Origin: Nanobdellota archaeon
GTDB lineage: Archaea > Nanobdellota > Nanobdellia > Parvarchaeales > Parvarchaeaceae
NCBI GenBank assembly: GCA_021800365.1
Contig: JAJYZA010000002.1
Coordinates: forward strand, 33,187 to 97,186
Direction: 5' to 3'
Length of the DNA: 64,000 nt
Of the stretch, positions 37,203 through 46,584 are shown piece by piece. Numbering within the stretch: position 1 is the stretch's first letter; every line of letters starts with the position of its first letter. The notes under the pieces are model-generated. The model was not told the DNA's origin and did no database searches. It was given only the letters and a program-made list of their open reading frames with translations. Position numbers and translations under genes: made by a program.

Positions 37203-37607
37203 ATGGGCAAAAAACCTGATCTTGAAATAAAATTGTTCTATAAAGAGGACACTCTAATGTCGGGAGAAAGTCAGGGGCCGTATACTTACGGCGCTACAGA
37301 CCCAGATTTTAAGCATTCAGAAGTCTATGCGGATAATATACTAATAAACGAATGTGGGGATGTGATGAACCATCTGGAGATTAAAGATGCGTCGCGTCTA
37401 CCATTTCGATATAAACAAAAACTAATAAAAATAGTGGTACGGGAAATAAACAATTTTGCTCTGCATGAATTATCTCATAAGTATAGTAAGTGTGGGCATT
37501 ATAAACAACTGGCACAAAATACGTATAAAAATAGTTATATACACAGTTATACGGAAAGAAACTTTGATGATGCGATAAAAAAGATATTAGATTGGTGCAT
37601 GCACTGA
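37203..37607 (+). CDS. Hypothetical protein.
   Basis: It is a 134-aa ORF containing an HELSHKYSKCGH motif. Confidence 0.3.
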   Translation: MGKKPDLEIKLFYKEDTLMSGESQGPYTYGATDPDFKHSEVYADNILINECGDVMNHLEIKDASRLPFRYKQKLIKIVVREINNFALHELSHKYSKCGHYKQLAQNTYKNSYIHSYTERNFDDAIKKILDWCMH

Positions 37608-37647
37608 ATGAAAAATAATCTAAAGTTTAACTCCATATCTAAAAGAA

Positions 37648-37719
37648 TGAGCCCAGAGAGAGTTGAACTCCCGTCTCATCCGTGTAAGGGATGCGTCATA
37701 GCCGTTAGACTATGGGCTC
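37648..37719 (-). tRNA. tRNA-Val (anticodon TAC). CCA is not encoded.
   Basis: The sense sequence is GAGCCCA-TA-GTCT-AACGGCTA-TGAC-G-CATCC-CTTACAC-GGATG-AGAC-GGGAG-TTCAACT-CTCTC-TGGGCTC-A. It is 72 nt. Confidence 0.75.
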
Positions 37720-37914
37720 ATTAAAGAATAAGTAAATGTCTACTATAATAAGTTTATGTGCAACAAATATTAAAATTTAACGCATTAAATTCAAGTTAAA
37801 GCCATTAAACTCCCCCAGGCAGTATTTCGAATGTAGCTTTTGTTAAATCTGCTTCGGAGGTACTGATATAGAATAAAATAATGCTTATATAGCTTTTGTT
37901 ATCAATAATTAAGA

Positions 37915-40104
37915 ATGGGCCGGGATTTAGAACAGAAACTAACTCTAGATGAGCTGCTTGCTAAGCGCGATGGGAAACTCCTTCTTTGGGATATAACTGA
38001 TAACGATTTATTTTGGCAGCTTTTCACCGATACAAGCCAGATACCGACAGGTAATGTACTAAAACCTAGAAATAAAGCAGAAGAGAAAGCTTCCAAATTT
38101 TATTACAGCCCATACTACAGAATAGTAGGTCATGAGGATGAGATGGAAAAATCACGCGCAGTCATTGATAGTTTTATAGCCGACTGCAGGCGCGTAATTA
38201 ATCTTGAAAATGACCTGTTGGAGAGGGGAGTAAAAAAACGGGATAGAATAAGAATATTGCAGAGAGAATCCCCTAGGATTCCTATACTAAATAGAGACGG
38301 TCCGCATGCCGGGGGCAAAACTTCGCAGCAAATAGCCGATGAAGAATATTTTGAGATAAAGGCTAGGCCAGATCCTGACAAATTAGATATTGGTTTGCCA
38401 AGTTATGATTTTGTCGTCAGGAGACATAATAATTATATAACGCTAGACAAATTGGTCGCTCCAAAAGGAGTAGAGGAATGTACTAGGTTTGAAGCGGGAG
38501 AACGCGCAAAAAGCAGATTACTTAGCGGATTAAAGTGGGTAATTGGGGGTGGCACTAGTGCTATTATTGGATATGCATTTTATGATTGGATAGTTAAATA
38601 TGGAGCGATAGCTGAGCAAGCCGGATATGATTGGATTACTTGGGTCATGGCAAACGTAATTGGTGCGCTACAACCACTGGCGGAGATTGTTTTTATGATA
38701 ACTGCCCCCACTCTTGTATACGAGCTTACAGCGCATTTTAAAAAGAATAAGAAGAACCATCCGAAAATTCTTATTGATGGGTCAGGAGAACCGCCACATT
38801 TAATAGGAACAGAAGTATCTCCCGCAATGCTTGTAGGCGCCTACGATGAATATGCGGATAAGTCTCCCCAAGACAGATTTACACAGGAACCGGTTCTGCT
38901 TAAATCACTGTATAAACCACTTACAATCGAAAATCTGCATGAACTTAATAATCCTTCACAAAGCATACTAGCGCAGGTGCTTGAAGAGAAAAAGGTTGAG
39001 GTGGCAGGTCGTGCTGACCTATCTGAATTTTGGTTTGGTCTAATCTCAGTCTGTACAAATACTCAGTGGTTGAATAAGTTACTAGAATCTCTTAAGAACA
39101 GGTTGAATTACGCAACTACGATTTATGTAAAAAATGAGGTTGAAAGAACGCCGCGGCACGAAAGGCATCTTGGAGTAATACTTGCAGATATTATAGACGG
39201 AATAAAAGGTAGGCCAGCAAAAAGAGATGCTTATCTAGAGTTCCTTGATTATACTTCAAGACTAGCTGATAGCTCTAATGAGCTACATATAAGCAGAAGG
39301 GTTATTAGACTGCCAAAAAGAGCTGAGGAGCTAGCTGCAGCGGAAGGATCAAGTTATATAGAAGCAAGGCACATCATGCGTGCAGAAGCCGAATCAAGAT
39401 CGCAGATACAACTCGCAATGTTAGAAAAATTGTCTTCGGCTCTTTCAGAAGTTGGAACACCTGTAAATGATTCCGAGAAGATTGGCTTGGTTAAAGTCTT
39501 ATGTAGTTATAATGATGAGAGTTTGCAGAATCTAGAAGTTGGCGGTCCGGTAGGCGTATATGATTACGTTTATTCGGAAGATTACGTCGGTTATGCAGTG
39601 CCAATACGGGCAAGAATAGTTGGGAGTAAATCTGCTTTTTCTAAACTCTTTTCTCACAATGGAATCCATATACACACGACAAATGCGCGTGTTAATCAAA
39701 AGGTAAATGAGTATTCCGAAGCTTTAAGGGGATTGTTTGCCGACGATGGGATAGATATAGACGATTATAAGGTACTTATTTCCATCCCAACACTCGATGA
39801 TGATAGTACGATTGTCGCAGGTGCATACCTAGCGATTAAATCAGCTATAGAACAAAAGCCTCTTCGGCAGGACTTATTAATGGCAGCGCAGCTATCGGAT
39901 ACAATAGGAGATATCACATCCTTGCCACATATGAATTCTAGGCTATTCTATGCGGATGGTCTTTGTAATGGCGTGGTCGTATCGGATTATGATTATAATA
40001 ATAAGATAATAAAAAGAGACGGCAGTTCATTATACCGCGATATTAATATAATCCCAGTAAAAAATAGAAAAGAGCTATTTGAAGCATTTGTAAAGGCGAA
40101 TTAA
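37915..40104 (+). CDS. Large hypothetical protein (729 aa). It has a P-loop-like GPHAGGKTS motif, two central TM helices, and a C-terminal Lon-protease (S16)-like domain.
   Basis: The C-terminal region NGIHIH...DDDSTIVAGAYLAIKSAI...QDLLMAAQLSDTIGDI resembles Lon/LonB motifs (GIHI, GDSAS catalytic Ser, and QSVAMTGSLSVRGDV). Two hydrophobic helices lie around residues 200-260. Confidence 0.35.
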   Translation: MGRDLEQKLTLDELLAKRDGKLLLWDITDNDLFWQLFTDTSQIPTGNVLKPRNKAEEKASKFYYSPYYRIVGHEDEMEKSRAVIDSFIADCRRVINLENDLLERGVKKRDRIRILQRESPRIPILNRDGPHAGGKTSQQIADEEYFEIKARPDPDKLDIGLPSYDFVVRRHNNYITLDKLVAPKGVEECTRFEAGERAKSRLLSGLKWVIGGGTSAIIGYAFYDWIVKYGAIAEQAGYDWITWVMANVIGALQPLAEIVFMITAPTLVYELTAHFKKNKKNHPKILIDGSGEPPHLIGTEVSPAMLVGAYDEYADKSPQDRFTQEPVLLKSLYKPLTIENLHELNNPSQSILAQVLEEKKVEVAGRADLSEFWFGLISVCTNTQWLNKLLESLKNRLNYATTIYVKNEVERTPRHERHLGVILADIIDGIKGRPAKRDAYLEFLDYTSRLADSSNELHISRRVIRLPKRAEELAAAEGSSYIEARHIMRAEAESRSQIQLAMLEKLSSALSEVGTPVNDSEKIGLVKVLCSYNDESLQNLEVGGPVGVYDYVYSEDYVGYAVPIRARIVGSKSAFSKLFSHNGIHIHTTNARVNQKVNEYSEALRGLFADDGIDIDDYKVLISIPTLDDDSTIVAGAYLAIKSAIEQKPLRQDLLMAAQLSDTIGDITSLPHMNSRLFYADGLCNGVVVSDYDYNNKIIKRDGSSLYRDINIIPVKNRKELFEAFVKAN

Positions 40105-40898
40105 TGGAAGATAAACGAAGCGACGAGGAGGTATTTAAAGAATTTTATGATGAAGCGTTACACTCAGCGTCAACAAAGTATACGCTAAATAAGCTTAAAC
40201 GAGGTCTAAAAACAGTAACTCTTAATTTGTTACCAACTGGCGTTCTTCCGTATTTTCTCCAGAAGAAGATAGTTAAGCATATGAATTTCGAAAAGAGTGA
40301 AGCAGGTGGCCTAAAAGAAGTAAAATTCTTTAAGCCCAAACTGGCCAGTATTCTTTCATCTGCTTACTTAGGCGCATTAGGATACTGGCTTTATAACGCC
40401 GGAACTCAGACATGGGAGGTAATGAGCACATACAGTAAATGGACATCGGGTGGTTGGGAGAATTTAACTATTCCATTTATTTATGTATCAATACCCGGCG
40501 CAGTACTTGCTGGAATAGGCGCTTATTTTATGGTAAATGCGATTCGCGCCCCAATTAGCTATTTGAGTCGACCATGTGGGGATATATCTACTGAAGGGGC
40601 CTATTTTGTTGCGAATAGACTAAAGAAGTTATTTTATAAAAATAAAAAAATAAATAGCGCCGCTTTAGAGGAAGCTCAAATAAGGTTTACGCTATTTAAA
40701 ACTCAAAGAGAATCAGTTTCAAATGATAACGATTTCAGTGCCATTCGTAAACTTAATAATGAGTTATACGTGCAACTTAATTCACATGATGAAAAAAGCG
40801 CACAAAGTACTCTTTTAGAGTTAAATGAGGTGCGAAAAAGACATGGATTAACCGCTCTTAAATTAAGTGAGTCTAAACTGGAGGAAGCTTTGCGATAA
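40104..40898 (+). CDS. Hypothetical protein with two central TM helices.
   Basis: It is 264 aa. Its start overlaps the upstream stop. Confidence 0.35.
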   Translation: MEDKRSDEEVFKEFYDEALHSASTKYTLNKLKRGLKTVTLNLLPTGVLPYFLQKKIVKHMNFEKSEAGGLKEVKFFKPKLASILSSAYLGALGYWLYNAGTQTWEVMSTYSKWTSGGWENLTIPFIYVSIPGAVLAGIGAYFMVNAIRAPISYLSRPCGDISTEGAYFVANRLKKLFYKNKKINSAALEEAQIRFTLFKTQRESVSNDNDFSAIRKLNNELYVQLNSHDEKSAQSTLLELNEVRKRHGLTALKLSESKLEEALR

Positions 40899-41223
40899 TT
40901 TTATGCACGGACCCTCTTTAAGTGAACTTTTAAATCCCATAAAAAAGAACCAGGACACTGGGCAACTTATTTATCAACCTTTACCTGCCGTAGAACGACC
41001 TCATTATAAGTTGGGTATGAATAGATTTTTAGCCACATTGGGGGGCACGGCGGGAGCTTTGGTAGGTTATTTAATTGGTGTAACCTCTTCTGGTATGCAA
41101 GCAGATGGGCTTTGGGTCGGAATGCTTATGGCAATGTATGGGTTTACAGTTCTTTCTAGTATTATAGATAAGTATGCTTCTTGGACTAAAATAGAATATA
41201 TTAAGTGGACTAACTCTAGGTAA
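40867..41223 (+). CDS. Hypothetical small membrane protein.
   Basis: It is 118 aa with two hydrophobic helices. It overlaps the upstream gene by 32 nt. Confidence 0.3.
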   Translation: MSLNWRKLCDNFMHGPSLSELLNPIKKNQDTGQLIYQPLPAVERPHYKLGMNRFLATLGGTAGALVGYLIGVTSSGMQADGLWVGMLMAMYGFTVLSSIIDKYASWTKIEYIKWTNSR

Positions 41224-41278
41224 ATAATTACTTAACTAAAACTGCTTTTATATTTAAATTGTTAATTATTTAATCATC

Positions 41279-41353
41279 GGGTCCGTCGCTTAACCAGGCT
41301 AGAGCAGCTGGCTCTTAACCAGCCTATTGTGGGTTCAAATCCCACCGGACCCA
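41279..41353 (+). tRNA. tRNA-Lys (anticodon CTT). CCA is not encoded.
   Basis: The sequence is GGGTCCG-TC-GCTT-AACCAGGCTA-GAGC-A-GCTGG-CTCTTAA-CCAGC-CTATT-GTGGG-TTCAAAT-CCCAC-CGGACCC-A. It is 75 nt. Confidence 0.8.
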
Positions 41354-41430
41354 TTTTGCTTATGGGATAACGCTTACATTTGAGAAGCAGTATTCTATCG
41401 TATAACATATTAATGTGTACAGTCAATGTA

Positions 41431-41787
41431 ATGTTTATGATATCTATAGAAAGAGTATACGGCTCTAAAAGCAAAGGATTTAGAATACTGGTAGATAGAG
41501 TCTGGCCAAGAGGTTTAACAAAAGAGTCTGTCAATGCAAATTTGTGGCTAAAGGATATCGCTCCAAGTGATGGATTTAGGAAGTGGTTTGGGCATGACGA
41601 AAGTAAATGGGAGGAGTTCCGAGAAAAATACAAAAATGAATTGAAAACCAAACAGCAGGCCGAGAGACTACAAGAAATCAGGAATTTAGAAAGACTAAAC
41701 AAAAATATTATCTTATTATTCGGGGCTAAAGATGAAAAACACAATCAAGCGGTAGTTTTAAAGGAAGTTCTGGATAATTTTAGGTAA
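41431..41787 (+). CDS. DUF488 (YeaO-like) family protein.
   Basis: ISIERVYGSKSKGFRILVDRVWPRGLTKESVNANLWLKDIAPSDGFRKWFGHDESKWEEFREKY matches the DUF488 consensus (RVYD.....G.RVLVDRLWPRG..KE.A..D.WLKD.APS..LR.WF.HDP..W.EF). The start is moved to an internal Met because the track ORF overlaps tRNA-Lys. Confidence 0.5.
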   Translation: MFMISIERVYGSKSKGFRILVDRVWPRGLTKESVNANLWLKDIAPSDGFRKWFGHDESKWEEFREKYKNELKTKQQAERLQEIRNLERLNKNIILLFGAKDEKHNQAVVLKEVLDNFR

Positions 41788-42092
41788 ATCTTTATCATAG
41801 CAAGTTGGAAAACACGCGTACTTAAAGGCATAGAAGCCGCAGACTTCTGGCTGTGCGGCCCAGAAATCAATACATAGACAGTTTGACTAGCCTGAGTGGG
41901 AATAGGTACAAGCGCAGCGCTGCTTTGAGAAAAGTAGTTGAGGTCTACTGACATTGGATTCAAAATTTAAGAGAAAAAGCAAAACCGGAAAAAGGGGGAT
42001 AAGCAACAAATTTCAATAAAAAGGATGTCACTTACAATGTTTTAGCAAGATTTATACAGTCAGAATTGTAATATTATTAAAGAGGAGAACCG

Positions 42093-42899
42093 TTGACTAT
42101 GGATAATATAAAAAAATTATTAGATTTAAATGGAAAAACTGCTATTGTGACTGGCGGTGGAATCGGGATAGGTTATGGAATAACATATCGCCTATCTGAG
42201 GCCGGTGCAAACGTAGTTATTGCAGATAGAAGCAACGACGGTGATGTAGCAGCGAAACAACTATTATCTAAGAAGTTTAAAGTTATGTCCATAAAAACAG
42301 ACGTTTCTCAAGAAACAGATGTACAGAATCTAATAGATCAAACTGTAAAGAAATATGGCACTGTAGATATTCTTGTAAATAATGCTGGGATATACCCCGT
42401 AATTCCCGTAACTAACATGTCATTAGATGATTTCCAGAGGGTATTGTCAATTAACTTGATTGGCGCATTCTTATGTACAAAATATGCTAGTAGACAGATG
42501 ATAACTCAAGGAAAAGGCGGTAGAATCATAAATATTACCTCTATCGATGCACTGCACCCATCTTCTATGGGTTTAGCACATTATGATGCATCAAAGCACG
42601 GGTTATGGGGTTTTACAAAGAATGCAGCGCTTGAGTTGGCGCAGTATAATATTTGGGTAAATGCAATTGCACCCGGCGCTATTCTAACGCCAGGCGTACA
42701 GAAATTACAACAGTCCATGCCGAATTCAGGTAATATTGACATGCAGAAGATGCTTGATGAAATGTTAAGAAAGATACCGATGCACAGGTTGGGTGATCCC
42801 GATGATATAGGAAAAGTCGCTTTATTCTTAGCTTCAGATATGGCGTCTTATATCACAGGAACACAAATAGTAGTTGACGGTGGAGTCTTATTAAGCTAA
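42093..42899 (+). CDS. Short-chain dehydrogenase/reductase (SDR) family oxidoreductase.
   Basis: It has TGGGIGIGYG (TGxxxGxG), NNAG, and a YDASKHG (YxxxK) catalytic motif. Confidence 0.8.
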   Translation: MTMDNIKKLLDLNGKTAIVTGGGIGIGYGITYRLSEAGANVVIADRSNDGDVAAKQLLSKKFKVMSIKTDVSQETDVQNLIDQTVKKYGTVDILVNNAGIYPVIPVTNMSLDDFQRVLSINLIGAFLCTKYASRQMITQGKGGRIINITSIDALHPSSMGLAHYDASKHGLWGFTKNAALELAQYNIWVNAIAPGAILTPGVQKLQQSMPNSGNIDMQKMLDEMLRKIPMHRLGDPDDIGKVALFLASDMASYITGTQIVVDGGVLLS

Positions 42900-42902
42900 A
42901 TT

Positions 42903-43487
42903 TTAAATGACTGGTTTACCACCCGTTGTCTTAAGTTCTATTTTTCCATCAGATATAACTACATACCCTTTATCCTTGTAGACTATGTCTAAGTTACTTA
43001 AAGTTCCACAGCAGATGGTTTTTATAGACTTGAATCTCTTTAGTCCATGTGAATGCCCAAGAAATAAATACTCATCTGTTAAAGCTAATTTTTTTCTAGC
43101 TTTTAATGCAAAAGCAAAGAGGGGTAGTGCATAATTAAATAACTTAAATACTGTCGCTAGGAAGTAAGTCGTCTTTTCTGAATGCATGACATTAAACTGG
43201 TGGCCGTGTATAAATATGAATTTTTTACCGGCATCCTCTAGTTTAAGCATATCATAATCGGCCTTTACTCTATCTTCATCGCCTTGCACGAAATAAGTTT
43301 GTTTTTTGAGCCTTTTTGGAATCAATGAAAAGAACTTCTTTGCATATCCTTTGTCGTTTATTATATCCCCCAGTAAAACTAACTTCTGTGGTTTTTCTCG
43401 TAAGAGTATCCGTTTTATAAGTTTTGAATCGGAAATCGGATAATGTATATCAGACAGTACTAAAATCTTCATTTTTAAAAAACGCAT
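42903..43487 (-). CDS. Calcineurin-like metallophosphoesterase (YfcE/MJ0936-like).
   Basis: It has the VLSDIHYP, LLGDIIND, HGHQF and GHSH motifs. Confidence 0.65.
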   Translation of the reverse strand: MRFLKMKILVLSDIHYPISDSKLIKRILLREKPQKLVLLGDIINDKGYAKKFFSLIPKRLKKQTYFVQGDEDRVKADYDMLKLEDAGKKFIFIHGHQFNVMHSEKTTYFLATVFKLFNYALPLFAFALKARKKLALTDEYLFLGHSHGLKRFKSIKTICCGTLSNLDIVYKDKGYVVISDGKIELKTTGGKPVI

Positions 43488-43504
43488 TCTAACTATTTAT
43501 TTCT

Positions 43505-44047
43505 GTGCTGATACATTATATAATGGAGCTTAAGAGAGGAGAAAAGCTAGTTTTACCGGATTGGCTGCGGGGGGCGTTGATGGATCCATTTGGTGAAATA
43601 ATGCAAGAGGCAGAGGTGATTTCTAGGCTAAAAGCTACAAAGCTAAGCGTTATATCTGTTGGCGACGAGGTGACTAAAACCTTATTAAAATATAATGTCG
43701 AACCCACTCTCGCAATATTCGACTTAAAAAGCCACAGGAAAAAACTAGAAGACTCTGAATTGACAGAACACTATAAATCTATGCAGATTGTAAGGAACCC
43801 GCCAAAAGAAATAACTTATGACCTATGGGAAACGGTACGTAAAACTATAAATAGCGGAGATCATTCTGCTATAAAAGTAGACGGGGAAGAAGATTTGGCA
43901 GCACTACCCGCGATTCACTTTGCAGCACTTGGGTCAGTTTTGTTATTCGGCGTATCGGACAGAGGGATAAGTTTTGTTATTATAACCAACACGATAAAAG
44001 CCAAGGCAGAGGGATTACTAAAGTCAATGGAGTTAAGGCAAGTTTAG
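43505..44047 (+). CDS. Archaeal GTP-dependent dephospho-CoA kinase candidate (DUF359/COG1909).
   Basis: It is 180 aa and has the SVISVGDEVTKTLLKYNVEPTLAIFDLKSHRK pattern characteristic of DUF359. It is divergent from a PPAT gene. Confidence 0.4.
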   Translation: MLIHYIMELKRGEKLVLPDWLRGALMDPFGEIMQEAEVISRLKATKLSVISVGDEVTKTLLKYNVEPTLAIFDLKSHRKKLEDSELTEHYKSMQIVRNPPKEITYDLWETVRKTINSGDHSAIKVDGEEDLAALPAIHFAALGSVLLFGVSDRGISFVIITNTIKAKAEGLLKSMELRQV

Positions 44048-44544
44048 TTGACAGCATTTTTAAAATGTTTTAGAAATTTTGAGTATACCTCCGCAGGTAA
44101 ATATTTTTTAATTACATTTTCCCAACCTTTGCTGCCAACTAAGCTCTTTACTAAGCTAGAGCTAATATCCGATATATTTATTGGCGGAATAAGAAATACT
44201 GTAACGACGTTCGGTGCGATACTACTGTTTATATGCATTATTCCACTCTCATATTCATAATCCTTAGTGCTTCTAATCCCACGTAGAATGTGTTCAGCGC
44301 CTATAGAAGTTGCATAGTTAACTAAAAATTCCCCTTCAAAACTGGTAGTTTTTACATTTTTAAAGCGGAGAGTGCATGATTTTAACATCTCTAATCTTTC
44401 TTTTAATGAAAATGTGCAGGTTTTAGATGGATTAATCCCAATTGCGACTATTAGCTCATCGAATAGGGCCGCACCTTGATTTATCATCCACATATGTCCA
44501 TTTGTGACTGGATCAAAACTTCCAGCGTATATAGCCCTTTTCAT
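44044..44544 (-). CDS. coaD: Phosphopantetheine adenylyltransferase, bacterial CoaD type.
   Basis: KRAIYAGSFDPVTNGHMWMI...ELIVAIGINPSK closely matches the bacterial CoaD N terminus (AIYPGTFDPITNGH). It is 166 aa long. Confidence 0.7.
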   Translation of the reverse strand: MKRAIYAGSFDPVTNGHMWMINQGAALFDELIVAIGINPSKTCTFSLKERLEMLKSCTLRFKNVKTTSFEGEFLVNYATSIGAEHILRGIRSTKDYEYESGIMHINSSIAPNVVTVFLIPPINISDISSSLVKSLVGSKGWENVIKKYLPAEVYSKFLKHFKNAVN

Positions 44545-44604
44545 ATTAGATTATTCATCGAAAAAGGTTATAAGGATTACTATCTTAATTAAGTAAGAGA
44601 AATT

Positions 44605-45519
44605 ATGCTCATAGCTCTGCTTTCGGCTAAACCAATAACCGATGAAACATTAAAATTTTTAATATCCAAGAAGTTGGACCTTATAAACGGAATGCAAATG
44701 GCTGTTGGAAAAACTCAACAGGACGTAATCACTTTTCCAATAGACTATCCTGCTTCAGTCATGTCACTGAGCAGAAGTATGTCTATCTCTGATGCAATCA
44801 TATTCATAGTAAATGAAGAGATATCTTCTTTAGACGCGGAGTTGGCTTTAGCAATAGAGTATTCACACATATCTACTGGTAAAATTATTTTCACAGAATC
44901 TTCTGATATAAGTTCGTTTCATAAATTTTTCAATACCTATAAGCTCGGGGGCTTTGAAACTGTAAAACTCGGAGAGAATATTATATTCGATAGTAAAGAG
45001 TCAACGATGCCATCCTCATATGTTTCTATAGACAAACACTTCATAGTGAAAGGCATAGGTAATGTAATTCTTGGTTTCAATCTAGGTGCTTCTATTAAAA
45101 AAGGTGACAAAATGTTTTTATTACCTTCTTTAAAGGAGACAACGATAAAAAGCATACAGATTATGGATGTAGATTCAACTATGGCAAAATACGGTACACA
45201 TGTGGGCTTGGCACTGAATAATGTAAATGAAGTTGATCTGGAAAACAATTATGCTATCTCTTCAGTAAAAGAGTTATCCGATTCATTCAATTGTGAGATT
45301 TCCACGTCAAGCTTTTATAAATCTGATCCATTCACTTCGAAAGGGGTGTCTACCGCCATATTAGGAAAAAACTTTCTAGTCTCTTTATCGGCCCCCGATA
45401 ATAAAGTACGAGCAAAATTCAACAAACCAATTATAAAATATAGGGATAAAAACTTTCTTTTTGATTCCAGTTTGCCAGCAGGCAAAAATCGTGTTATTGG
45501 GGGTATCCGGTTACTCTAA
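44605..45519 (+). CDS. Hypothetical protein with an EF-Tu domain-2-like beta-barrel region and no recognisable G domain.
   Basis: HFIVKGIGNVILGFNLGASIKKGDKMFLLPS..TTIKSIQIMDVD resembles the translation-factor beta-barrel domain 2. No P-loop was seen in the N-terminal 150 aa. Confidence 0.3.
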   Translation: MLIALLSAKPITDETLKFLISKKLDLINGMQMAVGKTQQDVITFPIDYPASVMSLSRSMSISDAIIFIVNEEISSLDAELALAIEYSHISTGKIIFTESSDISSFHKFFNTYKLGGFETVKLGENIIFDSKESTMPSSYVSIDKHFIVKGIGNVILGFNLGASIKKGDKMFLLPSLKETTIKSIQIMDVDSTMAKYGTHVGLALNNVNEVDLENNYAISSVKELSDSFNCEISTSSFYKSDPFTSKGVSTAILGKNFLVSLSAPDNKVRAKFNKPIIKYRDKNFLFDSSLPAGKNRVIGGIRLL

Positions 45520-45566
45520 ATAAAGTAAATCATCTAATTTATAATTAATAAAGTATAAACTAGTTT

Positions 45567-46373
45567 ATGGATATAAGCATTGTACAAAACAAAAACTATC
45601 AAGAGATAGCAAAATTACGCAAAGTTTTTCATATTGTTAAAAAAGGCGAAATTTGTGTGGCGTTTGGGGGTGATGGAACTTTCATAAGTGCCGCTAGAAA
45701 GTTTGCTTGTCCGATACTCTTTGTTAGGAGCGGAGAAAACGGCAGCACGGGTTATTATTCGGACGTTAGTGTAAAAGATATTGATATAATCATTGAGAAA
45801 TTAAAAAATAAGAATTACACAGTTGAAGATTTAAGCAGAAAGATTCTGATTTCTTATAAGGGAAAAAATCATTACGCAATAAATGAAGCGCTTCTTTCGG
45901 GGATGGGAAAAGAGATATATTTCGATATATACCTTAAGAGTGCGAATGGAGAGAGCAAGGTATATCCTTATACAATAAGCGGCGATGGCGTTTTAATAAC
46001 TGGGAATGTGGGCTCAACAGCTTATAATCGTACGGCGCGTGGTCCAATAATCTTAAGTAAGGACGTTATCTGCTTGAATTTATTATTTGCAGAGGGACCG
46101 ATAACAAATCCAATAATACTCGATGGAGATACTGAGATACGTTTAGCCGTAGTAAAACGTGGCGGAAAAATAATGCAAGATGGGCACCCAATAAGCAGTA
46201 TAAACGCAGGCGAATCTTTTACTGTTAAACTATCTGATATGACTACGAAGGTTGTCAAATTAAATGGCTTTATAGAAACCTTCTCTGATAAATTAGATCG
46301 CATGATAAGAAACAAGATGGTTGGCATAATCCCGAAGCGTTCTATTTTAAGATCCACAAAGAAGTCAATTTAA
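45567..46373 (+). CDS. nadK: NAD kinase.
   Basis: It has the VAFGGDGTFISAA (GGDGT) and GSTAYNRTARGPII motifs. It is 268 aa long. Confidence 0.75.
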   Translation: MDISIVQNKNYQEIAKLRKVFHIVKKGEICVAFGGDGTFISAARKFACPILFVRSGENGSTGYYSDVSVKDIDIIIEKLKNKNYTVEDLSRKILISYKGKNHYAINEALLSGMGKEIYFDIYLKSANGESKVYPYTISGDGVLITGNVGSTAYNRTARGPIILSKDVICLNLLFAEGPITNPIILDGDTEIRLAVVKRGGKIMQDGHPISSINAGESFTVKLSDMTTKVVKLNGFIETFSDKLDRMIRNKMVGIIPKRSILRSTKKSI

Positions 46374-46584
46374 AGTGATTTTCAATTCAATGTTTATGTA
46401 TGCGCTAAATCCTAAAATTTCCATTTACAAATTTCTTACAGTTACTATAGATAATTAATAATTTCTCAATTCTCTGGTTGTAGGCTAAAGATTGTCTCGC
46501 GGTTTCCCGAAAATTGTAAATGAAAAGCTTTATATACTTAATCATATCTATTACTTCAAAGTAATAAGTAAAAAGGAGGTAGAT

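Noticed and set aside
37915-40104. Calling the 729-aa protein a bona fide LonB (AAA+ Lon protease).
   Set aside because: LonB has an N-terminal GxPGxGKS Walker A before the TM insert. Here the N-terminal 130 aa have no P-loop, and the only P-loop-like motif (GPHAGGKTS) is in a different position. Only the C-terminal S16-like similarity is retained, so the call is left open.
41274-41744. Minus-strand 156-aa ORF.
   Set aside because: It overlaps the plus-strand tRNA-Lys (41279-41353) and the DUF488 gene on the other strand. It is Cys/Ser/Leu-rich and low-complexity, so it is spurious.
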